Assembly: GCA_902792865.1 (NCBI GenBank)
Contig: CADBBJ010000019.1
Span: forward strand, 2,012-66,011
Direction: 5' to 3'
DNA length: 64,000 nt
From: Candidatus Ruminimicrobiellum tauri
GTDB lineage: Bacteria; Elusimicrobiota; Endomicrobiia; Endomicrobiales; Endomicrobiaceae
This document shows, piece by piece, positions 15,095 through 24,158 of this stretch. Both the position numbers and the translations under genes were made by a program. The notes under the pieces were generated by a model. It saw only the letters and a list, made by a program, of their open reading frames with translations, was not told the DNA's origin and made no database searches. Position 1 is the first letter of the stretch, and each line of letters begins with the position of its first letter.

Positions 15095-15760
15095 ATGTAT
15101 TACAACATAAAGGCATTAATATTAAATACAAAATTATCACAAGAAGCAGATAAAGTCATTACTGCTTATACTACTAAGTGGGGAAAAATTTATGCAACGG
15201 TGCCGGGTGCAAAAAAAATTGTTGCAAAATTAAATTCTGCTACCGAACCTATAACAGAGAGTGAACTTATAGTTTACCAAAATTCTCAGTATAGTCGGCC
15301 TACGGTTACGGGGGCACGAATATTAAATAACAATACGGAAGTTAAACAAGATTTTTATAGAAATTTATTAGCATTTTATGTTTGTGAAATTAGTGATAAG
15401 TTTGCACCTATGCATTTGCCCGGCATAAAAAAATATGAGCTTATTTCAAGAACATGGTGTTTGCTTGCCGTATCAAAAACTCCGTTAAGAGTATTAACGG
15501 CATTCTCTTTAAGATTACTTAAAATGTCAGGTTATAGTATGATAGATTATTTAAAAAGAAATTGCTCAAATATAAAAAAAGAAGATATTTTATACTTAAA
15601 AAAAATTGCAAATTGTTGTGGTGACAGTTTGGATACTATTGAAGAGTTTGTAAACAATGATGATAAAGTTATGTGGAATTATGTTGAAAGTTATATCAAA
15701 ACATATATTGCACAACCGTCAGTAGGGTTATTTTTAAAAAAAATAAATTATATCAATTAA
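15095..15760 (+). CDS. recO: DNA repair protein RecO
   Basis: 221 aa. The N-terminal OB-fold-like pattern (ALILNTKLSQEADKVITAYTTKWGKIYATVPGAKK..SKLNSATEP) and the length are typical of RecO. Confidence 0.65.
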   Translation: MYYNIKALILNTKLSQEADKVITAYTTKWGKIYATVPGAKKIVAKLNSATEPITESELIVYQNSQYSRPTVTGARILNNNTEVKQDFYRNLLAFYVCEISDKFAPMHLPGIKKYELISRTWCLLAVSKTPLRVLTAFSLRLLKMSGYSMIDYLKRNCSNIKKEDILYLKKIANCCGDSLDTIEEFVNNDDKVMWNYVESYIKTYIAQPSVGLFLKKINYIN

Positions 15761-15798
15761 ACAGTTGCTGTTATAAATTGAAAGACAGTTTAGTAGTA

Positions 15799-15827
15799 TT
15801 GACATTTAAACATAATTAAAATATAAT
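15799..15827 (+). promoter_or_regulatory. consensus sigma70-type promoter (TTGACA-17 nt-TATAAT) for the infC operon
   Basis: ttgaca at 15799-15804, an exact 17-nt spacer, then tataat at 15822-15827. This lies about 165 nt upstream of the infC start. Confidence 0.55.
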
Positions 15828-15992
15828 TAACAAGTTGATTTGATTAAAGAAGTCGTCCCGACTCACCTTCACCTTATTTTTAGGGAAAAGGTTTTTGTAA
15901 TTTTAAATAGATTGTATTTTTATAGGGACGGGTATCTTTATCCGTTCTATTTTTTTATTTTTTGTAGGTGAAAATCCTACGAGGGGGATTGT

Positions 15993-16547
15993 ATAGATAT
16001 TAAAAGATATCGTACTAATCAGTACATAAGAGTTTCGGAAGTCAGACTTATTGATGAAAAAGGTGAGCAGGCAGGAATAGTTCCTACCATAGATGCACTT
16101 AGGAGAGCACAATCGGTAGGATTGGATTTGATAGAGATAGCTCCTCAGGCTAAACCGTCTGTGTGCAGAATAATGGATTTTGCAAAATTTAAGTATGATT
16201 TGGCAAAAAAAGAAAAAGAATCAAAGAAGAAGCAAAAGAATATACAGTTGAAAGAAGTAAGACTTAGGACAAGAATAGCAGATCACGATTTTGAGGTAAA
16301 ACTTAAAAAGATAAGAGATTTTTTGGAAGGCGGAAATAAGGTTCAAATAACCGTAATGTTTTCCGGAAGAGAAATGCAACATAAGGATTTAGGACTTGCA
16401 GTTCTTGAAAGAGTCAAAATTGCAGTTGAAGATATAGCATTAGTTGAAGGAAAGTTGTCTTCTATGGGTACGAGGTCTTTTGCGACTTTATCACCTAAAA
16501 AGAAAGATGCTAAAACTAAAAAAGAAAATATTAAAAAGGAGTGCTAA
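15993..16547 (+). CDS. infC: translation initiation factor IF-3 with a non-AUG start (ATA 15993 or ATT 15999)
   Basis: The ORF track begins at 16122, but the frame is open from 15972. It encodes the conserved IF-3 N-domain (YIRVSEVRLIDEKGEQAGIVPTIDALRRAQSVGLDLIEIAPQAKPSVCRIMDF). There is no in-frame ATG/GTG/TTG there. The SD gaggggg at 15981-15987 precedes ATA/ATT. Confidence 0.85.
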   Translation: MDIKRYRTNQYIRVSEVRLIDEKGEQAGIVPTIDALRRAQSVGLDLIEIAPQAKPSVCRIMDFAKFKYDLAKKEKESKKKQKNIQLKEVRLRTRIADHDFEVKLKKIRDFLEGGNKVQITVMFSGREMQHKDLGLAVLERVKIAVEDIALVEGKLSSMGTRSFATLSPKKKDAKTKKENIKKEC

Positions 16548-16549
16548 TT

Positions 16550-16750
16550 ATGCCTAAAATGAAAACACATAGCGGTGCAAAAAAAAGATTTAGATCTACC
16601 GGAACAGGTAAGTTAAAGTATAAAAAGTCAGGTAACAGACATTTACTTACCGGAAATCCTGGCGGAACAACAAGAAAGTTAAGAAAATCACAAATAGTTG
16701 ATTCTACAGATATGAAGAGAATGGAAAAGTTCATGCCGTATTCAAAGTAG
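16550..16750 (+). CDS. rpmI: 50S ribosomal protein L35
   Basis: MPKMKTHSGAKKRF... is the canonical L35 N-terminus. The ATG at 16550 lies 8 nt after ggag; the track's GTG at 16541 is probably too early. Confidence 0.9.
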   Translation: MPKMKTHSGAKKRFRSTGTGKLKYKKSGNRHLLTGNPGGTTRKLRKSQIVDSTDMKRMEKFMPYSK

Positions 16751-16785
16751 TTTTTAGTTGTTGAAAAAATTAAGGAGAAAATATA

Positions 16786-17136
16786 ATGAGAGTAAAAAAT
16801 GTAGTTCAAACAAGACAAAGAAAGAAAAAATATTTTAGACTTTCTAAAGGCTATTATTCAGATAAAAACCATCGTTGGAGAATGGTTGTTCAACAAGTAG
16901 AAAAATCTTTGGTATATGCATATAATGACAGAAAAGATAGGAAAGGTAATTTTAGAAGAATGTGGATAGTAAGACTTAATGCTGCAGTAAGAGAAGAAGG
17001 TTTATCTTACAACAGATTTATTTCAGGTCTTAAAAAAGCAAATGTTATTCTTGACAGAAAAATGCTTGCTGAAATTGCAGTTACGGACAATACATCATTT
17101 AAACAATTGGTAGAAATTGCAAAATCCGCAAAATAA
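16786..17136 (+). CDS. rplT: 50S ribosomal protein L20
   Basis: MRVKNVVQTRQRKKKYFRLSKGYY...; sits in infC-rpmI-rplT order. Confidence 0.92.
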   Translation: MRVKNVVQTRQRKKKYFRLSKGYYSDKNHRWRMVVQQVEKSLVYAYNDRKDRKGNFRRMWIVRLNAAVREEGLSYNRFISGLKKANVILDRKMLAEIAVTDNTSFKQLVEIAKSAK

Positions 17137-17148
17137 GAAACTTAAGAA

Positions 17149-18465
17149 ATGAATGTTTCTCCTGTCAAGACTATAATAATATTTTTTATAGCATTGATAC
17201 TGTTAGGGACAGTTTTATTGTGTTTGCCTTTTGCAAAACATGAATATGCCGATTTTTCGTTATTAACTTGTTTGTTTACTGCGACATCGGCAGTTTGTGT
17301 GACGGGTTTATCGGTTGTAAATGTAGGGGAATATTTTACCGCTTTTGGACAAATAGTAATATTACTTTTGTTTCAAATCGGCGGACTTGGATATATGTTA
17401 GTTTCAACAGGGTTAGGTCTTTTACTTGGAAAGCTGGCTTTAAAAGACAGAAAAATAATGCAAGAACTTTTTGACATAAGTTCTTTTAACAAATTATTTA
17501 AATTATTAAAAAAAGCGGTTTTAATTGTTTTGTGTATAGAATTTGTAGGTGCAATAGTGCTTACAATAGGATTTTTGAAAGATTTTAGTTTTAAACAAGC
17601 TGTATATTATGGAATATTTCATTCCGTATCGGCATTTTGTAATGCGGGTTTTGGTCTTTTTAGAAACAGTTTAGAAAATTTTTCTAATAATCCGACTATA
17701 CTTTATACAATAGTTATACTTATAGTTTTGGGTGGACTTGGCTTTTTCGTGTTGGTAGATATTATAGATAAAATTAGAGGAAAAAATATAAAACTTACTT
17801 TTCATTCTAAAATTATCTTATATATGACATTAGGTTTAACGGTATTTGGTTTTGTAGCTTTTTATATAGGGCAAATCAGTTCTTATATAAATCAAGGTTC
17901 TTTATTTTGGATTATAAATAATTCAATTTTTCAATCAATAAGTTCAAGAACGGCCGGGTTTAATACCGTATCTTTGGATTCAATTAGTTCTTTTACTGTA
18001 ATATTTTTTATGATATTGATGTTTATAGGCGGTGGTCCGGGTAGTACGGTCGGTGGCATAAAAATTACAACTTTGGCTTTGGTCTTTGTTTTTATAAGAG
18101 CAGTTATAAAAGGGCAAGATTCTTATGTTCTTGCTAAACAAAATATAGACAGTGATTTGGTGAAAAAGGCTTTATTGGTGTTCATACTGATGACAGTGTT
18201 AGTAAGTTTTTTTATTTCTTTAATGTTGCTGGTAGAGCCAAGTTTAGATACGATTAAAGTTATATTTGAAGCAATTTCTGGATTTTGTACGGTAGGACTT
18301 TCGTTTGGAATTACTTCTGAGTTATCCGTGACGGGTAAAGTGTTGTTAATTTTAGCAATGTTTGTAGGTAGGATAGGTGCTGTAACAATACTTGTATATT
18401 TAGTGAACAGAAAACCGGTTGTAAACAATATAAAATATCCTGAAGGTAAAATACTTATAGGATAA
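17149..18465 (+). CDS. ktrB: Ktr/Trk-type K+ uptake membrane subunit
   Basis: 438-aa polytopic protein with repeated pore-loop-like segments (SAVCVTGLS, SAFCNAGFG, SSRTAGFN, SGFCTVGLS). Confidence 0.8.
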   Translation: MNVSPVKTIIIFFIALILLGTVLLCLPFAKHEYADFSLLTCLFTATSAVCVTGLSVVNVGEYFTAFGQIVILLLFQIGGLGYMLVSTGLGLLLGKLALKDRKIMQELFDISSFNKLFKLLKKAVLIVLCIEFVGAIVLTIGFLKDFSFKQAVYYGIFHSVSAFCNAGFGLFRNSLENFSNNPTILYTIVILIVLGGLGFFVLVDIIDKIRGKNIKLTFHSKIILYMTLGLTVFGFVAFYIGQISSYINQGSLFWIINNSIFQSISSRTAGFNTVSLDSISSFTVIFFMILMFIGGGPGSTVGGIKITTLALVFVFIRAVIKGQDSYVLAKQNIDSDLVKKALLVFILMTVLVSFFISLMLLVEPSLDTIKVIFEAISGFCTVGLSFGITSELSVTGKVLLILAMFVGRIGAVTILVYLVNRKPVVNNIKYPEGKILIG

Positions 18466-18478
18466 TTGTGGAGCTGGG

Positions 18479-19171
18479 ATGGGAAAGAAACAATTTGGAG
18501 TAATAGGTTTAGGAACTTTTGGTTCAAATGTTGCAAAAGAGTTAGCGGCAAAAGAGTTTCCTGTACTTGCGATAGACAACAAAGAAACAGTCGTAAACAG
18601 AATAAGTCCTTTTGTTACACAGGCAATAGTAGCAGATGCTACGGATGATATTGCTTTAAAAGATGCAGGAATTGCAGATTGCGATACTGTTATTATTTCT
18701 ATGGGTGAAGATATAGAAACAAGTATTCTTGCTACTCTTATAGCAAAAGATTTAGGTGTGAAAAATGTTATTGTAAAATGTGTAAGTCCGTGGCATTCAA
18801 AAATAGCAGTGAAAATCGGTGCGGATAAAGTTGTGTATCCAGAACTTGAAATGGCAAAAAAACTTGCAGATAGTATGGCTTCACCGAACATACTTGAGCA
18901 AATAGAATTTTCTAAAGATTATAATCTTGTAGAAATAATTGCTCCGGAATTTCTTTTTGGAAAAAACATAAAAGATTCAGGGATAAGAAATAAATACGGA
19001 ATAAATGTTATAGCAATAAAAAGGCAAGTTCCGTTTATAAACGATGATGGACAGACTGATATTAAAGAAGAAACAAATGTTGCACCCGGTCCCGATGATG
19101 AAATATTGGAAAACGATATTTTGGTTGTTGTGGGAAAACAGGAGCAAATTGATAAATTAAAAAAATTATAG
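18479..19171 (+). CDS. ktrA: Ktr/Trk K+ uptake peripheral subunit (RCK: TrkA-N plus TrkA-C)
   Basis: Rossmann motif FGVIGLGTFGSNVAKEL, length 230 aa, and position immediately after ktrB. Confidence 0.8.
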   Translation: MGKKQFGVIGLGTFGSNVAKELAAKEFPVLAIDNKETVVNRISPFVTQAIVADATDDIALKDAGIADCDTVIISMGEDIETSILATLIAKDLGVKNVIVKCVSPWHSKIAVKIGADKVVYPELEMAKKLADSMASPNILEQIEFSKDYNLVEIIAPEFLFGKNIKDSGIRNKYGINVIAIKRQVPFINDDGQTDIKEETNVAPGPDDEILENDILVVVGKQEQIDKLKKL

Positions 19172-19179
19172 GTTTTTAT

Positions 19180-19476
19180 ATGATAACGGATAAAAAAGAA
19201 AAAGAAGAACATGAAAAAACAGAACAAGATTTTTTAGAGTCGGGAAAGTTTTATTTTATAAACAGTAAATTTGATGAAGCAGCAAAAGAGTTTGAAAAAG
19301 TTCTTATAAAAAATATAAACAATTCTGAGGCTTATTGTAATCTCGGATTGATATATGAAAATAAGAAAGATTTTATAAAAGCTAAACAAATGTATAATAA
19401 AACTCTTGAATTAGATAAAGAAAATAAGGTCGCAAAAGAGCATATTAGTAAAATTACGGGAATGGAAAATGAATAA
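19180..19476 (+). CDS. small TPR-repeat protein
   Basis: TPR signature AEAYCNLGLIYENKKDFIKAKQMYNKTLELD. It overlaps the pheS start by 8 nt. Confidence 0.6.
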   Translation: MITDKKEKEEHEKTEQDFLESGKFYFINSKFDEAAKEFEKVLIKNINNSEAYCNLGLIYENKKDFIKAKQMYNKTLELDKENKVAKEHISKITGMENE

Positions 19477-20491
19477 TAACATCAACGAAATACTTAATGA
19501 AGCATTAAATAAACTTCAAACGGCAGAACTTGTGGATATAGAAAATATTAAAGTTGAGTATTTAGGCAAGAAAGGTAAAATTACCGAAATTTTAAAAACA
19601 CTTTCTTCTTTAACTATAGAAGAAAAGAAAGAAATCGGTTCCAAAGTTAATATTGCAAAAATGCAATTAACACAGGCAATGGAATCAAAGAAAAAAGAAA
19701 TTACAAACAAACTTTTAGAAGATAAGATGAAAAGTGAAAAGATAGATATATCTCAATCTTTTGCTTTTAATTTTCCTAAAGGTCATTACCATATAATCAG
19801 CAAAGTAATAGAAGAAATGAGTGATATATTTATTTCTTTGGGTTTTGATGTTTCCGGCGGGCAGGAAATAGAGACGGATTGGTATAATTTTGAAGCTTTA
19901 AATATTCCAAAAGATCATCCGGCAAGAGATACACAAGATACATTTTACCTTGAAAATTCACAAAATCTTTTAAGAACACAGACATCTGCAGCACAAATAC
20001 ATATTATGGAAGAACAAAAACCTCCGATAAAAGTTATAGTTCCGGGCAGAGTTTACAGAAATGAAGCTACGGATGCTTCTCATTCGGCAATATTTCATCA
20101 AATAGAGGGATTAGTTGTTGGTGAGAATATTACATTTGCACAACTTAAAGGAACATTACAATTATTTATAAACAGATTGTTTAATCAGGAGTTACCCATA
20201 AGGTTTAGACCGTCACATTTTCAATTCACGGAACCTTCGGCAGAAGTTGATATGAAGTGTGTTTTTTGTGGAGGAAAAGGATGTAGAATTTGTAAAAATA
20301 GCGGTTGGATAGAAGTGTTAGGGTGCGGAATGGTGCATCCTAATGTATTTAAAGCAGTAAAATATGATTCGGAAAAATATACGGGTTATGCTTTTGGATT
20401 AGGGGTAGAAAGATTTGCTATGCTTAAGTATGGTATTGACGATATGAGAGTTCTTTATGAAAATGATTTAAGAGTTTTAAGACAGTTTTAA
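19469..20491 (+). CDS. pheS: phenylalanine--tRNA ligase alpha subunit
   Basis: Class II motifs (HPARDTQDTFY, LLRTQTSAAQ, GRVYRNE, GFGLGVERFAML). Confidence 0.95.
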   Translation: MNNNINEILNEALNKLQTAELVDIENIKVEYLGKKGKITEILKTLSSLTIEEKKEIGSKVNIAKMQLTQAMESKKKEITNKLLEDKMKSEKIDISQSFAFNFPKGHYHIISKVIEEMSDIFISLGFDVSGGQEIETDWYNFEALNIPKDHPARDTQDTFYLENSQNLLRTQTSAAQIHIMEEQKPPIKVIVPGRVYRNEATDASHSAIFHQIEGLVVGENITFAQLKGTLQLFINRLFNQELPIRFRPSHFQFTEPSAEVDMKCVFCGGKGCRICKNSGWIEVLGCGMVHPNVFKAVKYDSEKYTGYAFGLGVERFAMLKYGIDDMRVLYENDLRVLRQF

Positions 20492-20572
20492 AAAAGACAG
20501 CTTATAAGCTAATCAGCTAAGAAAAATAAAATTTTTCGTTCTCAGCTTATCAGCTAAATTTAAGGGGAAAAA

Positions 20573-22930
20573 ATGAAGATTTCATATAATTGGTTGAAAG
20601 AATTAGTAGATTTTGATATGCAACCGCAAGACCTTTGCAAGATGCTCACATTTTTGGGTGTAGAGACTTCTATAGTCGGTGGCGGTATAAATTGGACAGG
20701 TGTTATCACTGCAAAAGTTTTAGATAAACAAAAACATCCTAATTCAGATCATCTTTCAATATGTAAAGTAAATGACGGTACAAAAGATTATCAAATAGTT
20801 TGCGGAGCTCCGAATGTTGATGCGGGGCAGATAGTCCCTCTTGCAACCATAGGTGCGGTTTTACCGGGAAACTTTGTGATAAAGTCATCAAAAATCAGAG
20901 GTGTAGCTTCCGAGGGTATGATTTGTTCCGAAGAAGAACTGGGACTTAAAGAAAGTTCGGACGGAATAATGGTTTTACCGGAAGGGACACCGTTAGGAAA
21001 AAATGTAGAAGAAGTTTTAGGTGAATCAGATACTCTTTTAGAAATAGAAATTACCACAAACAGAGGTGATTGTTTAAGTCATTGGGGTGTTGCAAGAGAA
21101 ATAGCGGCAAAATTACAAAAGATACCCTCATTGCCGGTTATTAAAAATCTAAAGTATGCAGAAAAAAATTTAGTAGATGTAAAAGATAAAGAGTTATGCA
21201 CGAGATATATAGGTTGTCATATAACGGATGTAAAAGTCGGACCATCTCCGAAATGGATGAGTGATAAACTTGAAAGTTGTGGAGTAAAATCAATTAACAA
21301 TGTGGTAGATATTACAAATTATGTTATGTTGGAGTTAGGGCAACCTTTACATGCTTTTGATGCTACAACTGTTTCAGGCGGGAAAGTTATAGTTAGAAGG
21401 GCAAACAAAGGTGAAAAGTTGGCAACACTTGATGGAAAAACTCACGAACTTGATGAAAATAATTTGGTTATTGCAGATAGTTCAAAAGCACTTGCTATTG
21501 CCGGGGTAATAGGTGGGCAAAGTTCATCAATAACCGATGCAACTACGGAAGTGTTTTTAGAAGCGGCAGTATTTAATCCGGGTAGTATCAGAAGAACTGC
21601 AAGAAAATTGAATATTTCAACGGATGCTTCTTACAGATATGAAAGAGGAACTTCTTGGGAAGTTGCTGAAATGGCAAGTTGGAGAGCATTAAACTTAATA
21701 ATGGAACTTGCCGGCGGAAGACTTAACACAAGAGAAGATTATAATAGTCCTAATAATGAAAAAGCGGTTATAAAACTTAGAGTAGAAAGAGTGGAAAAAT
21801 TGTTGGGATATGCAATAGATGAAACGGATATAGCAAATGTTTTAAGATTTTTAGGTATAGAAATAACTTTAAGTAGTCAAAGTGTTTTTATGGTAGAGGT
21901 TCCTTCTTATAGAAATGATATAAAGGAAGAAGTGGATTTAATAGAAGAAATAGCAAGAGTTCACGGATATGAAAATATTCCTACATCCGTAGATTTCGCA
22001 ATAACTTCGTCTGAGAAAAAAACTTCTGATAAACTTAAAAAAACAATTACAAACTCTTTAGTAGGGCTTGGTTTTTGTGAAGCAATGAACTATAGTTTTG
22101 CGGAAATAAAAGATTTAGATAAGTTGTATTTAGGTTATACATATAAAATTGCAAATCCTATATCAAAAGAAAACGAAGTTTTAAGACCGTCATTGTTGCC
22201 GGGTCTTATAAAAAACTATTTCTTTAATATTGGTCAGGCAACAACGGATATAAAGTTGTTTGAAATAGGGAAAATATTTGATGATAAGGGTGAAAGAAAA
22301 GTTTTAGGAATTCTTATGTCCGGTCCGGTATGGCAACCTTGGTGGAACTGGGAATCAACAAAGCAAAATCCTGTTTTTGACTTCTATTTTGCAAGCGGTA
22401 TAATTTCAAATATATTGCCGTCAAAAGAATTTACGATAGCAGAAAATAAAACTCCGGCGAAATATTATCATCCCGGAAAAGTAGCGGCAATAGTTTATCA
22501 TGGAAAAGTTGTAGGTCAATTTGGAGTATTAAGACCGGATATCACGGATAGCGGTGATGAAGTTATATATGCAGAAATTGAAATAGAAAATATAGAAAAA
22601 AATTATAAAAATAAAATTCAAACTTATGAGTATGTAGCAAAATTCCCTGCACTAAAGAGAGATATATCAGTGGTAGCAGATAAATCCGTTAAGTTTGAAA
22701 AAATAGAAAAAATTATAAAACATGTAATGAAAGACGGTGGCATATTAAAAGATTGGTCATTGTTTTCGGTATATGAAAATGAAAAGTTAGGTTCCGGTAA
22801 AATAAGTTATTCGTTTAGGTTGACTTACAGACATAACGATAAAACTTTAAAAGATGAAGAAGTAAATAAAGATATTGCAATTCTTTTGGAAAAATGGAAT
22901 AAAGATTTAGGAATATCATTAAGAAATTGA
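20573..22930 (+). CDS. pheT: phenylalanine--tRNA ligase beta subunit
   Basis: MKISYNWLKELVD start, tRNA-binding domain (HPNSDHLSICKVNDG), and B3/4 and B5 regions; 785 aa. Confidence 0.95.
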   Translation: MKISYNWLKELVDFDMQPQDLCKMLTFLGVETSIVGGGINWTGVITAKVLDKQKHPNSDHLSICKVNDGTKDYQIVCGAPNVDAGQIVPLATIGAVLPGNFVIKSSKIRGVASEGMICSEEELGLKESSDGIMVLPEGTPLGKNVEEVLGESDTLLEIEITTNRGDCLSHWGVAREIAAKLQKIPSLPVIKNLKYAEKNLVDVKDKELCTRYIGCHITDVKVGPSPKWMSDKLESCGVKSINNVVDITNYVMLELGQPLHAFDATTVSGGKVIVRRANKGEKLATLDGKTHELDENNLVIADSSKALAIAGVIGGQSSSITDATTEVFLEAAVFNPGSIRRTARKLNISTDASYRYERGTSWEVAEMASWRALNLIMELAGGRLNTREDYNSPNNEKAVIKLRVERVEKLLGYAIDETDIANVLRFLGIEITLSSQSVFMVEVPSYRNDIKEEVDLIEEIARVHGYENIPTSVDFAITSSEKKTSDKLKKTITNSLVGLGFCEAMNYSFAEIKDLDKLYLGYTYKIANPISKENEVLRPSLLPGLIKNYFFNIGQATTDIKLFEIGKIFDDKGERKVLGILMSGPVWQPWWNWESTKQNPVFDFYFASGIISNILPSKEFTIAENKTPAKYYHPGKVAAIVYHGKVVGQFGVLRPDITDSGDEVIYAEIEIENIEKNYKNKIQTYEYVAKFPALKRDISVVADKSVKFEKIEKIIKHVMKDGGILKDWSLFSVYENEKLGSGKISYSFRLTYRHNDKTLKDEEVNKDIAILLEKWNKDLGISLRN

Positions 22931-22988
22931 TAGTAGTGTAAAATGGTATTTTTATAATTCTATAGTTAAAGAAAGAGTGGACTTTCTG

Positions 22989-23017
22989 TTGACTATGAGC
23001 CCAAAATTATATAAAAT
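22989..23017 (+). promoter_or_regulatory. candidate promoter TTGACT-17 nt-TAAAAT upstream of rplM
   Basis: ttgact at 22989-22994, a 17-nt spacer, then taaaat at 23012-23017. Confidence 0.4.
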
Positions 23018-23057
23018 ACAATTTTAATATAATAAATAGATAGGTGGTTTTGTTAAA

Positions 23058-23489
23058 ATGAAAAATGGAAAGACTTATCTTCCTAAAGAGGGAGAAATAA
23101 AAAGAAAGTGGCATTTTATAGATGCTGAAGGTAAAGTGTTAGGAAGATTGGCAGTAGAAGTAGCTGCTTTATTAAGAGGAAAAGAAAAAACAATTTATAC
23201 ATCACATATAGATTGTGGAGATTTCGTTGTTTTGACAAATATTTCAAAAATAGTTCTTACAGGTAAAAAACTTGAACAAAAAACAGCTTTTTCGTTTTCA
23301 GGTTATGTTGGCGGTGGAAAATTAACCCCTTATTCAAAATTGATGGTAGATGATCCGGAAAGAGCAGTTAGAATTGCTGTGAAAGGAATGTTACCTCAAA
23401 ATAAATTGGCAGACAGACAAATGAAAAGATTGAAACTTTTTAGAGGTGCGGAGCATACTCATCAAGCACAAGCAGCAATTGAAAAATAA
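23058..23489 (+). CDS. rplM: 50S ribosomal protein L13
   Basis: KWHFIDAEGKVLGRLAVEVAALLRGK is a typical L13 sequence. Confidence 0.93.
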   Translation: MKNGKTYLPKEGEIKRKWHFIDAEGKVLGRLAVEVAALLRGKEKTIYTSHIDCGDFVVLTNISKIVLTGKKLEQKTAFSFSGYVGGGKLTPYSKLMVDDPERAVRIAVKGMLPQNKLADRQMKRLKLFRGAEHTHQAQAAIEK

Positions 23490-23505
23490 GGAGAAATAAA
23501 AAAAT

Positions 23506-23898
23506 ATGAATACAGGATATTTAAGTGTAGGAAGAAGAAAAAATGCAGTTGCCAGAGTTAGAATGTCGGAAGGAACAGGTAAGATAGTTATAAACGATAA
23601 AACTGTTGATGAATATTTTGCAGGTTTGCCAAGACATAAAAAAATAGCTTTAAAATCTGTTGAAGTTTGGGCAGGTTCAAAAAAGTATGATATTTATGTA
23701 AATGTTTATGGCGGTGGAATTTCCGGTCAGGCAGGAGCAATGAGCCATAGCATAGCAAGAGCAATTTTGAAACAAGATGAATCAATGAAAGATACATTGA
23801 GAAAAGAAGGTCTTTTAACAAGAGATCCGAGAATGGTAGAAAGAAAGAAACCGGGAAGACCAAAAGCAAGAAAGAGATTCCAATTCTCAAAGAGATAA
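23506..23898 (+). CDS. rpsI: 30S ribosomal protein S9
   Basis: GRRKNAVARVRM...GGGISGQAGAMSHSIARAL...KKPGRPKARKRFQFSKR. Confidence 0.93.
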   Translation: MNTGYLSVGRRKNAVARVRMSEGTGKIVINDKTVDEYFAGLPRHKKIALKSVEVWAGSKKYDIYVNVYGGGISGQAGAMSHSIARAILKQDESMKDTLRKEGLLTRDPRMVERKKPGRPKARKRFQFSKR

Positions 23899-23920
23899 TA
23901 CCGTTTATATGTTATACACA

Positions 23921-23954
23921 AAAAGCAAGGAGATTGTTCTTCTTGCTTTTTTTT
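23921..23954 (+). terminator. rho-independent terminator after rpsI
   Basis: aaaagcaag (23921-23929) pairs with cttgctttt (23942-23950), and the T-run continues to 23954. Confidence 0.7.
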
Positions 23955-24158
23955 CTATAATAAGGATTGTTGTTTTGTCGTTGCAAGACGGAGGTTAAGT
24001 AATCCGATTGTTGTATTTTTTTGAAATTAGTCTTAAAATAATATAAGAAGAAGTATTTTGTAAGCAAGAAAACTATAAATATATTTTATTAAAATAAAAG
24101 ATGTTAATTGTAGAATACTAAAGTTGATTCTACATTAAAAAAGGGTGGAGAAGAAAAA

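Noticed and set aside
17268-18891. Internal and antisense ORFs in ktrB/ktrA (17268..17474 +, 18123..18551 -, 18400..18891 -, 18466..18648 +)
   Set aside because: They are alternative frames of clearly recognisable Ktr genes.
23977-24005. Possible solo relic of the island hairpin family (gtcgttgcaagacggaggttaagtaatcc) after rpsI
   Set aside because: The flanks resemble gtcattgc...aatcc, but the core no longer forms a stem and the match is short. It is too degenerate to call.
23955-24158. Lysine riboswitch (L-box) upstream of lysC
   Set aside because: I could not find the conserved L-box core elements or a five-helix layout. Only a simple tgtagaat/attctaca hairpin (about 24107-24134) precedes the RBS.
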